This document shows, in pieces, positions 9,479 to 20,267 of a stretch of 64,000 bases of DNA. Source of the DNA: a virus. The DNA is taken from positions 32,001-96,000 of IMG/VR virus record IMGVR_UViG_3300030117_007745; one strand, written 5' to 3'. The notes beneath the pieces are model-generated. The model was not told the origin of the DNA. It saw nothing but the letters and a program-made list of their open reading frames with translations, and searched no databases. Position 1 is the stretch's first letter, and the number at the start of each line of letters is the position of its first letter. Position numbers and translations under genes: made by a program.

Positions 9479-11310
9479 TACTTAATTGTTCCTACAATAT
9501 CTGAATCTGGAAATTTTAATTCAAAAATAACATCAGATGGTGCTACCACAATTCTTCCGTCAGAGGTTGTCATTTGATCAATGTTAAATATTGCTGTAGA
9601 ATATGATGATCCCACTTTTCTAACAATATTCAAGCTAACCACATCTAGAAGTCCATCGACGTTTTTTAAAACTCTCAAAATGTCCCCATACCTTATAGGT
9701 TCACCTATGTTCATCTTTGCTGCACCGAAATAATCTTTTAACTGTATTATTGCAGTGCTCAAAACCTCATAAGCATTAAAATTATTATCTGCAATTATTG
9801 AAAAATTTAATCCAAAATTTACTATTTTTGCATCTAAAATGTCTATAGTATCATTAACCATTTTATAATTGGCCAACCATACTTTTAAATTATTTTTTAT
9901 GGCTGTTGATGTTGGGCTTAATTTTCCTAATTCGTCTTCAGACACAACATATAAATTTAGATTTCTTTTGAAAGAATTGAGATCTTTAACTATTGCTGTT
10001 CTTTTGACAGCCCCAAATTTAGCCGGCATATTATAGGTTAAAGAAATATAATCCTGCTCTGTAACTGCTCTATTCTGCGAGGAGTAAGACCCATATGCCT
10101 TGTATTTTATTTCTTGTGAAGAATCCTCTCTGGTGCTACCAACAATTGGTTGCTCATTTTCAAATTCTAAAGATGAAATAACATCTTGTATTTTAGATGA
10201 GTCTAAAGTATTGATTTCGTTAAAATCGAATACCTGATCTGAAACACTAGCTAAAGATTTGGCTGTAATATTTACATTTCGGGGGCCGTTTATTCTATAA
10301 ACGACAGTAAGATTGGTATTTGATGGAGCAACACCCAATTTATCACCATTCGTGAGCCTTGTTGGATCAAAGGATAGGTCTGAAATATAATCTCTACCAT
10401 GCAAATTTATTGCTACCTTTGATGGATCAGAAAAAGTTTCTTGTGTTAAATCTGCGGAAGAACCTGCACCAAACTGTATGAAATATCCCTCTTGAGTGCT
10501 CTCTGTTATAAACCTTCTAGGCACTGCCATTGGTTTTAAGGAAAAGAGAGTTTCTGTGTTAGCTACTTGTGTTGTTAGGTTAACACTATTGTTTCTGACA
10601 GGAATATAAACTGTGTCTTGCGATAATGAGCCAACCTCAAAATAGTCATTTCCATCTGAGTCCACTATAGATACTACTTCAACAATATTTGACCCATCAA
10701 GTTGAAACCTTGGAAACCTCTGATATTCTCCAACAGATATAGTTTGAGAGGTTAGCTCTCCAGATATGACTTGTCCGTAAGCTTTGATTGCATAAGTTAT
10801 AGGAGAACCAAATGAATCAACGGCTGCCGGAACTGCTTGTGAATTTACGGAGTTAAAATTGACATCTTCTGCAAGAGTAAACACAACTCCACTATTTGTA
10901 GAGAATTTTGTACCTCTCCTCAAAACTGGTGCATATCTATAATCTGGTTCGTTAGCGACGCCACCAGCAGTTTGATCAGCTGGTATTATAACATATAAGG
11001 CTACAGGGCCTGAAGATACTGGTACACCAGATTTCCTATAACCCATTTGGCGGCCAAGCTTTAAAATATTATTATATTCATTAGCTGTTTCTAAAAAAGA
11101 TTCATTTGCTTGGTAGTCTAGGTAAAAAGATAAAACGTCTCCGACATATGCTACAGTATCAAGCATAAGAGACCCAAATGATCCCTCACTAAAATCTTGA
11201 AACGTGTCCGGATAGTATCTCTTGGTATAATCCAGTAACTCTTCTTTAATTGAATTGAATTCTCGGTTTGTATAATTTATTGGAATAATTCTTTTTTTAT
11301 CAAAAGGCAC
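9478..11310 (-). CDS. Baseplate wedge subunit (T4 gp6 / baseplate J-like)
   Basis: INYTNREFNSIKEEL, DFSEGSFG.LMLD.VAYVGDVLSFYLDYQANESFL.TA and QNRAVT..DY are hallmark gp6 motifs. GTG start with AAGGAG RBS. Confidence 0.92.
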   Translation of the reverse strand: MPFDKKRIIPINYTNREFNSIKEELLDYTKRYYPDTFQDFSEGSFGSLMLDTVAYVGDVLSFYLDYQANESFLETANEYNNILKLGRQMGYRKSGVPVSSGPVALYVIIPADQTAGGVANEPDYRYAPVLRRGTKFSTNSGVVFTLAEDVNFNSVNSQAVPAAVDSFGSPITYAIKAYGQVISGELTSQTISVGEYQRFPRFQLDGSNIVEVVSIVDSDGNDYFEVGSLSQDTVYIPVRNNSVNLTTQVANTETLFSLKPMAVPRRFITESTQEGYFIQFGAGSSADLTQETFSDPSKVAINLHGRDYISDLSFDPTRLTNGDKLGVAPSNTNLTVVYRINGPRNVNITAKSLASVSDQVFDFNEINTLDSSKIQDVISSLEFENEQPIVGSTREDSSQEIKYKAYGSYSSQNRAVTEQDYISLTYNMPAKFGAVKRTAIVKDLNSFKRNLNLYVVSEDELGKLSPTSTAIKNNLKVWLANYKMVNDTIDILDAKIVNFGLNFSIIADNNFNAYEVLSTAIIQLKDYFGAAKMNIGEPIRYGDILRVLKNVDGLLDVVSLNIVRKVGSSYSTAIFNIDQMTTSDGRIVVAPSDVIFELKFPDSDIVGTIK

Positions 11311-11332
11311 TGTATATTTTCTCCTTATTTGA

Positions 11333-11340
11333 TAAGTAGT
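11333..11340 (-). promoter_or_regulatory. Candidate phage late-promoter motif ACTACTTA (ACTANTTA family)
   Basis: Lies in the intergenic gap 23 nt upstream of the gp6-like start. The same motif recurs upstream of several other genes. Confidence 0.55.
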
Positions 11341-11369
11341 ATCATTTTATCATTATTTTTTGAACAAAA

Positions 11370-11765
11370 CTAAAAATCATAGCTTTGAACATTAACCTGC
11401 ACTTCATCCTGTGCATTCAAAGCTGGTACGGCGTATTTGATGACCACTCCAAGAGTATTATCTTTTAAGCCGGGGTCTGCTTTGTTATCAATAAAATTTA
11501 TATCTTTTATTGTTATAAATGGCATATAAATTGAAACTTGCTGCTGTATTTTAGTTCTGACCTTTTCTTTCAATAAAGGATTAAAAGGCTCAAAGAAAAA
11601 CCTATATAATCCAACACCAAAGTCTGGCATCATTATTCTTTCGCCGGGAACAGTTAGAATTAACATTCTAAAATTCTGCCTTATAACGCCCGACATTGTT
11701 TTTAACATTTCATAAGTTGTCTCGCTTCCTCTGGTAAGCGGCAACTGGGGTGCATAATATCTCAT
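11370..11765 (-). CDS. Baseplate wedge subunit gp25-like (GPW/gp25 family)
   Basis: IRQNFRMLILTVPGERIMMPDFGVGL..FFFEP signature. 131 aa, adjacent to gp6. Confidence 0.93.
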   Translation of the reverse strand: MRYYAPQLPLTRGSETTYEMLKTMSGVIRQNFRMLILTVPGERIMMPDFGVGLYRFFFEPFNPLLKEKVRTKIQQQVSIYMPFITIKDINFIDNKADPGLKDNTLGVVIKYAVPALNAQDEVQVNVQSYDF

Positions 11766-11770
11766 TTAAA

Positions 11771-14700
11771 TTAATCCTCGTTTACCTTTGATGATGCTGA
11801 TGAGGCTATTCCTCTTTCGCCTCCTTTTTCCTTAACATAAGCTGGCTCATAGGCATATGATTTAGAGCCCTTAACATCATAAATAGATTGTATGCTTTGT
11901 TTTAATATCTCTTTTGTTTCATCAAAGCTAGATTCTAGGTCTTTATCTTGATTAACCGCTAGAGCATTATAAATTGCTAGCATTGATACCATCTTTGATA
12001 TTGGAATGCTATAAGTGAACAAAGCTCTCATTTCTGGGCCGGTGGACATTTCACTAACTAATTTCTTTATAATCTCCGCTCCTTGAAAATCTTTAGCATA
12101 CTTAGTTAGTTTTATTAGTGTGCTCTCTGCAAAATTCTCGTCTTCAGCTATATAAGAATCAACCGATGCACTAAAGGGGCTGTTTTCGCTTTTTGGAACA
12201 TCAATTTCTTTACTAAATATTGGAAAGATAATATTGGTTTTAACAATTGGATTGCCCTCGCCCGAGACTTGTTCTGTTACAAGTAAGCACTTTTCTCTTA
12301 GCTGAAAATCAATAAGCTCTGGGTTCTGCGCGTTATTGGCTAACAGGGTTACAATCAAATCTTCTTTTAATTTTTTTATTTCTGGTTTTTGAGGCACATC
12401 TTGATCAATTATTTTAACAGGATTTCCATCTTCATCTTTTATTTCTTCTGATGAATCTACTAACGCATACACCAAACGAACACCCAATTTTATGCTTTTA
12501 AAGAAATCATGAAATGGCTTTTGTTGATCTTGTATTGAAATTTCATAGGTTCCGTCAGCTACATTAAAAGGCCCATTTGACATTATTTTCCACAAGTTAC
12601 TGATTCCAAAATTATTTAATATTCCCTTCAAGCGAGCATCTGGAGGGGAATCATCGGGGCCAGCATCTTCAACTTCGTCTGCATCGGGATCGAACTGTCC
12701 TCCGCCAAGAGGATCTGTTTTGAAAGCATCTCTAGCTACTAAACGTTCATTGTAAAGAGGGTCTCCGGGCTCAAGCTCTTCAAATCTATAATAAAATTGA
12801 AATACAAATTTTCCATTTTTAAATTCATGGATAGCCTCGGGCCCAAACAGCGTTGAAGCAAGGTTTTCTTGCAGACCATCATACATTTCAAAATTACTAG
12901 TGTGTATCTCTCTTAAATTTTTGTGACAGATGAAATTAAATGGATTTACTTCTGTGTCCATTGGGTAAGCTTTTAGCTCAGTTTCTTTTAAGCGAGTTTT
13001 CAAAAATTCTAAAGGTCTTTCAAAATTCTGTCTAATATAATATGCCGTAGCATCTTGCCAGCTTGTGATGGGAACTTCTCTTCCCAATTGAGTGTCATAA
13101 ATACTTCCATTGATTGCAGCAGGTGCGCCGCCACCAAACTCTCCCGCAAGAGCCGGCTTATTGGATCCGGGCACAGGAGTAAACTCTGGCTTTTCATAAA
13201 CAATTCTTGTCACCAAATTAAACCATCTTTGGTCAGTCCCGTCAAGTTGTTTCAAAAGCCACGACCTGTATTGAGCAACAACAAATTGAACATAAAGTTC
13301 ATTAAAAAATAACTCTTTTGGAAAGAATGGCAAAATAGCAATGCTCTTTACCAAAGTTTCTCCAATAAAAAGCTGCATTGTCCATGATATTACAGCCTCT
13401 AATATAGCAAAGTGAGGCATTCCAATTACATCTGAATTTGGATCATGATATTTTGAAAAGTCATAAGCTTGTTTTGCTAATTCTGATCCGTAATTAAAAT
13501 CAACAAATGTTTGGGGCCCAACTTTTGATCCGACTTTTGTTAAGTTTAAATTTTCAATCTCACACCTGAAAAGATCTGGTAAAAAATACTCGACTGTAAA
13601 ATCTGCTGCTGTTGGGTTTGGTGCGCCCATCAGCTGATAGGTAAGAATTTCTTGAGTCTGTACGGTGAGGAAGAGTGGGTTCATTGAAAAAAGAACAATT
13701 GCTGCGTCAGAAAAAGGCTGTATTCCATACTTTTTTAACAAATTTGAATCGCCACACGTCTGTGCCATTTTCTCAAGCATAGAACTCAATATTGAATAAT
13801 ATACATCACCTTCAAATAATTCTTTTACTATATTAGTTGTAGCATTGTCTGGTATTTCTACAATTCCGTCATCGTTTGTAGACGATAATCCCAAACTTTG
13901 TAATAAAAGACTACTAAAAAATTGCGCTTGCTCCGGGGTCTCTCCTTTTAAAGAAAACTTTTGTAAAAATTGTTTTACGTCATCACCTAGTGGAGGCATC
14001 TCATCTCCACTAACCATCACATCAATACCAAATGCGCCAAGGTTGGGTAGGCCCTTTATCCTTACTTGATAATTATTAGTATAAATTTTTTGACCAGTCT
14101 CCTCATCTGCGGCAGGAGGGTTAAGAATAAAATGAACAAAATCTTCATCGCTCAAATTAAGTTTAAATGTGTTATCTTCTTTTGCATCTGCAAAGTTTAG
14201 TCCTTGTGAAATATTGAACAAGAACTGATCAACCGATTTCTTTCCTCCGTCTGGCATTGTGAATTCAATTAATTCGTTTTCATAGATGTCTTTAGATGTG
14301 CCTATGGCCAGAGGAAGAGCTAAAGTATCTGGTAATCTTACAATTTCCTCTAAAACATCACTTCCTTTTACTAATTTGTTTCTTTTTGGTTTAGTTAATC
14401 CTATTGAATTTTCAATTAATTTTGGTTCAGCAGTTATTATTATGGAATCAAGTGCTTTTTGCAAGGCAAAATCCGCTGTCTCTGCTTTTTGGCCAGATAG
14501 AAGACCTTGAGTTCCTTTACCATCTGTGAATAGCGGAGGCAGCTGTGAAGATAAATCATCATTATCTCTAATAATTTTTGCCAAATTTTTATACTTGTCA
14601 ATGTCGTGATTAAGATTTTTATCGGCTATATCGTCAAATCCCGGGATATCGCCACACTTATCTTTTAGCAGCTTCTTTGCTTTTGTAGCTAATTCAGTAC

Positions 14701-17700
14701 AAAGAACAGGGTCGTTAATTTTTTCATTGGCCTGCTTGTCAAGAAAATCAAACATAGCAGGATCCATTTTTTTACCTAAGCATTCAAAAAAGTCTGCTAT
14801 TTTTGATATGTCTTTCATCTTAGGTTGCTTCTGAATGGAAGGGTATGCAAACAATATTTGTTCTACTGTCTCTAAGGTTTCTTTTGAAGGGCTGCCGTCA
14901 AAAAGACCCAAGACTTCGGGAGTTGTTAGAGCCTCTGATATACTTACAAGCATATCATCTATAACTGCTTGTTCCGCAATCAACCCACAATTAACTAAAT
15001 CTTGTGAAGCGTTGTCTGAATAAGTATTAAGCAGATCTCCAATATTTTGAGCCCCATAATCTTTTAATCTAGTTTCTCCAGCTGTGCAATTTAACTCCGG
15101 GCATGTTAATAGAGCGTCCAACAATGCAGCTATTAGTTCCAATAAAATTTGCGCTAATGCAAATTCTAAAAGAGCCTTTAGTGCCTGTATTAGAGAGTCC
15201 AACAAATCAGTTGTTGGAAGCCTAAAAAACACTGAGGGTATTCTAAAGCAAAAAGAACAGAGTAGGTCTTCTACGGCAACTTGCTCCATAAAAGCGTCTC
15301 TGCCTTTAAAATTACCATCTTCATCAACAAAGTTATTATTAAAGCTGGCTCCTTTAGAATTAAAGATTTGCTTTGGATTGTTTTGTATCGTAGATGGATT
15401 TAAATTTAGTCCTCCCGAGCCTCCCGAAGCATTAATGGTCAGATTGGGGATGCCAATCTCTTCAGCGCCGATAACATCTAGAAAACATTTGCATATTTTG
15501 CTATATAACACCTCTGGCGTAATATAGTTTAATACGTATGCATACAGGTCATCTAAATCAAATATTTTACTTTTTATGTCTCTTAATGCAGCTCCGGATG
15601 ATAAAAAGTCTCCTACATATTGCTCTAATCTATCTGCCTCCTCGGCTAAAGCTCCCAAAAACTCACCATTCTCTGCGACAGTTGTTTCTTTGTCAATTTC
15701 TGATAGAAATTTAAAAAATGCTGTCCCTTTTCCGGGTGGAGGCTTTGGGCAGGGAGGGAAGAACTGTAGCAAACTAAATTGAAATGCACCTAAATCATAC
15801 CTTGGATTTAAATCTAAAAGTTCATCCAGTCTTTGTGCGACATTATTTATAATTTCTGTAAAAGGCGGCAAAGAGAAATATGAGAAGCCACATTTTTGTG
15901 ATGGCAAATCCAATGGCACAGGACCTTGTTTAGGAAGTATTTGAGGCTTTGGTTCCGGTAGCCATTGCTCAAATATTGTTTGCCACTTTAGAAGAGGGTT
16001 TTTTATATCCCTGTGATAGTATAAAAATGCCATTGTATATGGGAAAATAAAAGGCTCTTGTTGTTTAAAATAGTCGAACCCCACTGATAAAAGTTCTTCT
16101 TGTTTACTATTAACCTCGCTTGCATCTTCTATGTAAGACACGAATGTTAATTTAAAGTTATTGTCAAAACCAATATTTATTATATTATCACTTTGTTTAT
16201 TGATATCAAATCCGTTAGCTGCCACTATTTTCTTTATAGCAGTGGGGACAAAAGCTAGCCTCTCAGCTTCTTTAGCTAAATTTATGCCTTCAACAATAAA
16301 CTCTGAACTAAAAATGTCTAAATATATTTGATTCAAAGAGAACAGGGCTTGTTGTAGGTGCAAGTCAAAATATCTCGAATCTAATGAAAGTATTTTTGCA
16401 GACTTATTTTTTAGCTCTTGTAAGGATTCCTCTTTTGAGGGGAATGAATTAACATATATTCCTCCAACCTTTACCAATATTTTTACTTTTGCCCCGGGTC
16501 TAGCTGACAACATGTAATCTTCTGCTCTGACTACCAAGTAAGTTTCAACTAAATCTATCAATTCCTGATCGGTATAAGATTTATTTTGAAAATCTAATAT
16601 TTTTCTAAGTCCAAATTTTTTGGCCAATTCTTTTTGAGCTTCCAAATCTTGATCATCGACAATGCAATCATTCGGCATTGTAACACTAACCCAGTATTCC
16701 CCATCAGCTCTGTGATAATATGGCTGATCCATATCTCTATACCAAGTTGGGATTAGGGCCTCTGCCATTTCGGACATAAATGTCACAAGAGTTCCTTTAA
16801 GTGGCCGATTCGGAAATCTTTGCTCAAAGAATATTTTATAAGATGTTTTAGCGCTGGGTGATATAGGTCTTAAAAACTTTGGATGTATGAAACCCTCTTT
16901 CCCATTGTGAGTAGAGGAGGGGTCTCTTACAACAATCTTGTTATACTCGCCTTTGCCATTAACCCACTCTTTTAGAACTTTTACAGTTGTGTTATCATCT
17001 AAGTAGCCAACATTTGGCGCATTTGGGCCCGGGGCTTCTTTAAATCTAACTGTGGGAACATTGAAATCTGAAAGGCAAATGTAACTAGTTACAGCAAATA
17101 TGTCTTCTGGAGATTGTTCCAATATTTGGGTTGCTTTTTCTGTTACGACATCCGGTGGGAATGGGGGGCAGTCAAAATCTGGATTTGATCCAAAAAGAGA
17201 TGGAAAGTCATTCAAGTCCACTCCCAAAGAAGTAGAAAAATCATAATCTCCACTTTCATAAGTTTCAATTAAATCGGCAGATGAAACATTTCCATTTGAT
17301 TTTCCTAATAATTCTGTTATGACAAATCCTGCGTTCTCATACTCTTCTACAGTTCCATCAAAAGAAGCAACCCCTTGCCCAACCATGTCCATTATAAGTT
17401 TTCTTTCGTCAATATCAAGTTCAACAACGTATCTTACTTCAACATAGCCGTAATGGCCGAAGCCAGCAAAAGAAGGCTCTGCAATAATCTTTACAGCCGC
17501 AGATGTAACTTCTTCCATAGGCTTGTTTTTGTAACTTCCCAGTTGGGCTATTCCACTAGTTGTCTGGGGTGTATTGGAGCCAGCGAACGGATCAACGCGA
17601 GTTGCTATAGTTTGATTATCTGTGCATGGGTAAATCCTCAATCCCGTCACCCACTCTGGTATTCCATAGTTTACAATTGCCGTCAAAGATGGGTTCTGAG

Positions 17701-20245
17701 AAAAGGCTTCTTTTAATGCGTCTTCTTTATCTTTAAATTCGTTTAACTTTTTCCATTCAATTTGGCTAATTTCTTGTTTAGTGCCAGCATCATATTTCCA
17801 AATTGGAAATGCCAAAGGAGATTCTTGATTAATTTTAAGATCAGGTTGATCGCCACTGTCTCCATCTGTTTCATTGTAGTCCTTGATAACGAGGTTAGCG
17901 CTTTCACCAGTAAGGGAGCCAGTTTCCTTATAAATATCAATTTGATCTTGCTTAATGGTACCATCTTCACCCATGGCGATAGCAGGGAGGCTCGCATCGG
18001 ATAGGCCCAATTCTGAATATGTGAAGCCTTTAAGAAGAGCCTTTATCTCTTCAGATGATAAGTTCGGATTCAAGATAGAGGGATAATACATTGGGGCCGC
18101 AGGTGCATTAAAAACATCGACATCCAGCTCATTTGCTAGGGTTGCGGCTGGATTAAGATAAGCTAAAACATTGCCGGTCTGATAGCCAGATGGCCTTTTT
18201 AAGAACATATAACTCAACAACTTTGTGGAAAAAAATACAGATTTTTCCAACATGTTAAAGCCATCGTCAGAATCTGCATGCTTGCTGTATTCTCCAACCA
18301 TTTCACTCGGGATGTAATGAGATCCGCCGCCAGAAATATCTTCTGAATTAGGAAGAATTCCTTTTGTTTGCACCGGCAATTGTTCTTTTTGAAGTGGAGA
18401 AAAATACCCATTAACGGCAAATTGGTACTTATCGAAGTGGTATCCTCCTTTGCCTTGTGGATTTAAAAAATAGTCTAGGTGTAATTGTGTTTTAAATATG
18501 ACTGAGAACTTATTTCTGAAATATCGTATAGTAGGATCTTCATTTTGATTCTTGATGTCATAAAATGCTAGGGCTGCCTTTGTTTTGTCCAAAGAACCAA
18601 TTATGTGTGTTGGCCCTAACTTATCATATTTATAAGATTCAATTGGTTGGCTAGAAATTTGCTTAAATTCTTGAAGTTCCCATCCTAGTCTAAATTTCCT
18701 TAAAAAACTCTTGTTCTGTAATCCATCCGGAGATTCTAGGGCTTCTGGAGTTATTATGTCCGATGCATTAAGAGGTGTGCTAACTGTGCCACCTCCCGCC
18801 GGCGATGGTATGCGTCCCTGAGTCATAAACATAGGGACAACATCTCTAACATATTTAAAAATTCTCGGATATATTTTATTAAGAGTTTTAGCTGGATCTT
18901 CTCTAAAAGGCAATAAATTTTGTGGTGCTACGTCTAAATTTGATGGCACAAGCTTATAAAGAGATGCTATGTTGGCTGTTTTAAAATCGATTGGAACTTG
19001 AGAATCTGGGTCGTCTACTTGCTCGATATAGCTCGCAGGATAGTGTTGCCAATCAGAAGAATTGTTAAAAGTGTCGCCTAATGTCAAGGACAAAGAGTTT
19101 AGCAAACTATCATCTATAAAAGCGTTTGGAGTCATTTGCTGTCTCCAAGTGTAGTTTCCTAGGGTTGTTTGGGCACTGCTATATAGATAGAACGCTTTTG
19201 TTCCGGGGATATATTCTCCCTGATAGTTGAAATTGCCGTCTGCCGTTGATGGAGCCCATGCTCTGCTGTATGTTCTATCTATAGGATTGCTTTCGTGACT
19301 CCATTTCCCGTAAAATCTAAGGTCCATTTGTTGAAATCCTTCGATTGTGGAATCGTTTTCTACTTTAAGGCCGGAAGCTTGGGCGTCAACACCTATTGGC
19401 TCAACATATGAAAACGACCCTCCTATGGAGGCTTGGGTCTCGCCATTGCCCAAGGATCCGTGAAGAAAATTAAAAAACTCTTTCACAGGATTATAAGATG
19501 GAGACTCGGTATTTATAGCAGTTGTGTTAAGTTTTTCAGGAATTGTTCCAAAAATATTCTCGGGAGGAGATTGAGGGACATCATCAACAAAGGATGGCAA
19601 TTCTCCAAGTTCCCCAAGTTGATATAGGCCCTTTGCGTATTCAATGAAAACAGCCTTGGGAGTTGCATCAAACTCAGAAGCTCCCAGCTCGTTTCCCGGT
19701 AGATCTGCGTTGTCTGCCATAAAAATACTAGTGGCTCCATCTTCAACTTGTACAGAATTAAGGCCAAAGGACTTATCTCTACTTGCGACTCTACGGCGTA
19801 TCTGGAACCTATTGTCACCAAATTTTGTAGCATTTATTTGTAGATAATTCTCATCAACAAATATTCCGGAATTAAGGTTTGCCACTGGAAATCCGAAATA
19901 GTTATACAATAAGCCATATCTGATTGCCTTGCTCAAGGCACCATTTTCAGTAATTAATCTAGCAAAATCTTCAGGACCATAGTTTCTATAAACGTTTTGA
20001 AAAGACAACATCCCCTCTTTTCCCGGCACAGGAGAGGTTTCTTCAGCAACTGCATCGTATAAAGGCAATCTAATGACAACCGACGACTTTATCTTTATTG
20101 GATTATTTGGTGGCTTTTGTTTGAAATAGAATTTATTTGGCAGAAATGAATTGCTGTCAACAAGGTAGTCTTCTACGAGGTCTTGGCCTGCTAGTTTAAC
20201 TTCTTTATCGCCTATTACAACTATTTTAGGTGGTTTTATTGCCAT
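11771..20245 (-). CDS. Giant (2824 aa) tail/baseplate-associated protein with an internal SH3b-like domain
   Basis: Uninterrupted ORF between the spike and gp25 genes. SH3b-like segment VRFKEAPGPNAPNVGYLDDNTTVKVLKEW...EGFIHPKFL at ~16860-17050, plus Cys clusters and a hydrophobic helix. Confidence 0.7.
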   Translation of the reverse strand: MAIKPPKIVVIGDKEVKLAGQDLVEDYLVDSNSFLPNKFYFKQKPPNNPIKIKSSVVIRLPLYDAVAEETSPVPGKEGMLSFQNVYRNYGPEDFARLITENGALSKAIRYGLLYNYFGFPVANLNSGIFVDENYLQINATKFGDNRFQIRRRVASRDKSFGLNSVQVEDGATSIFMADNADLPGNELGASEFDATPKAVFIEYAKGLYQLGELGELPSFVDDVPQSPPENIFGTIPEKLNTTAINTESPSYNPVKEFFNFLHGSLGNGETQASIGGSFSYVEPIGVDAQASGLKVENDSTIEGFQQMDLRFYGKWSHESNPIDRTYSRAWAPSTADGNFNYQGEYIPGTKAFYLYSSAQTTLGNYTWRQQMTPNAFIDDSLLNSLSLTLGDTFNNSSDWQHYPASYIEQVDDPDSQVPIDFKTANIASLYKLVPSNLDVAPQNLLPFREDPAKTLNKIYPRIFKYVRDVVPMFMTQGRIPSPAGGGTVSTPLNASDIITPEALESPDGLQNKSFLRKFRLGWELQEFKQISSQPIESYKYDKLGPTHIIGSLDKTKAALAFYDIKNQNEDPTIRYFRNKFSVIFKTQLHLDYFLNPQGKGGYHFDKYQFAVNGYFSPLQKEQLPVQTKGILPNSEDISGGGSHYIPSEMVGEYSKHADSDDGFNMLEKSVFFSTKLLSYMFLKRPSGYQTGNVLAYLNPAATLANELDVDVFNAPAAPMYYPSILNPNLSSEEIKALLKGFTYSELGLSDASLPAIAMGEDGTIKQDQIDIYKETGSLTGESANLVIKDYNETDGDSGDQPDLKINQESPLAFPIWKYDAGTKQEISQIEWKKLNEFKDKEDALKEAFSQNPSLTAIVNYGIPEWVTGLRIYPCTDNQTIATRVDPFAGSNTPQTTSGIAQLGSYKNKPMEEVTSAAVKIIAEPSFAGFGHYGYVEVRYVVELDIDERKLIMDMVGQGVASFDGTVEEYENAGFVITELLGKSNGNVSSADLIETYESGDYDFSTSLGVDLNDFPSLFGSNPDFDCPPFPPDVVTEKATQILEQSPEDIFAVTSYICLSDFNVPTVRFKEAPGPNAPNVGYLDDNTTVKVLKEWVNGKGEYNKIVVRDPSSTHNGKEGFIHPKFLRPISPSAKTSYKIFFEQRFPNRPLKGTLVTFMSEMAEALIPTWYRDMDQPYYHRADGEYWVSVTMPNDCIVDDQDLEAQKELAKKFGLRKILDFQNKSYTDQELIDLVETYLVVRAEDYMLSARPGAKVKILVKVGGIYVNSFPSKEESLQELKNKSAKILSLDSRYFDLHLQQALFSLNQIYLDIFSSEFIVEGINLAKEAERLAFVPTAIKKIVAANGFDINKQSDNIINIGFDNNFKLTFVSYIEDASEVNSKQEELLSVGFDYFKQQEPFIFPYTMAFLYYHRDIKNPLLKWQTIFEQWLPEPKPQILPKQGPVPLDLPSQKCGFSYFSLPPFTEIINNVAQRLDELLDLNPRYDLGAFQFSLLQFFPPCPKPPPGKGTAFFKFLSEIDKETTVAENGEFLGALAEEADRLEQYVGDFLSSGAALRDIKSKIFDLDDLYAYVLNYITPEVLYSKICKCFLDVIGAEEIGIPNLTINASGGSGGLNLNPSTIQNNPKQIFNSKGASFNNNFVDEDGNFKGRDAFMEQVAVEDLLCSFCFRIPSVFFRLPTTDLLDSLIQALKALLEFALAQILLELIAALLDALLTCPELNCTAGETRLKDYGAQNIGDLLNTYSDNASQDLVNCGLIAEQAVIDDMLVSISEALTTPEVLGLFDGSPSKETLETVEQILFAYPSIQKQPKMKDISKIADFFECLGKKMDPAMFDFLDKQANEKINDPVLCTELATKAKKLLKDKCGDIPGFDDIADKNLNHDIDKYKNLAKIIRDNDDLSSQLPPLFTDGKGTQGLLSGQKAETADFALQKALDSIIITAEPKLIENSIGLTKPKRNKLVKGSDVLEEIVRLPDTLALPLAIGTSKDIYENELIEFTMPDGGKKSVDQFLFNISQGLNFADAKEDNTFKLNLSDEDFVHFILNPPAADEETGQKIYTNNYQVRIKGLPNLGAFGIDVMVSGDEMPPLGDDVKQFLQKFSLKGETPEQAQFFSSLLLQSLGLSSTNDDGIVEIPDNATTNIVKELFEGDVYYSILSSMLEKMAQTCGDSNLLKKYGIQPFSDAAIVLFSMNPLFLTVQTQEILTYQLMGAPNPTAADFTVEYFLPDLFRCEIENLNLTKVGSKVGPQTFVDFNYGSELAKQAYDFSKYHDPNSDVIGMPHFAILEAVISWTMQLFIGETLVKSIAILPFFPKELFFNELYVQFVVAQYRSWLLKQLDGTDQRWFNLVTRIVYEKPEFTPVPGSNKPALAGEFGGGAPAAINGSIYDTQLGREVPITSWQDATAYYIRQNFERPLEFLKTRLKETELKAYPMDTEVNPFNFICHKNLREIHTSNFEMYDGLQENLASTLFGPEAIHEFKNGKFVFQFYYRFEELEPGDPLYNERLVARDAFKTDPLGGGQFDPDADEVEDAGPDDSPPDARLKGILNNFGISNLWKIMSNGPFNVADGTYEISIQDQQKPFHDFFKSIKLGVRLVYALVDSSEEIKDEDGNPVKIIDQDVPQKPEIKKLKEDLIVTLLANNAQNPELIDFQLREKCLLVTEQVSGEGNPIVKTNIIFPIFSKEIDVPKSENSPFSASVDSYIAEDENFAESTLIKLTKYAKDFQGAEIIKKLVSEMSTGPEMRALFTYSIPISKMVSMLAIYNALAVNQDKDLESSFDETKEILKQSIQSIYDVKGSKSYAYEPAYVKEKGGERGIASSASSKVNED

Positions 20246-20267
20246 TATTTACTTTACCTGTTCTTTA

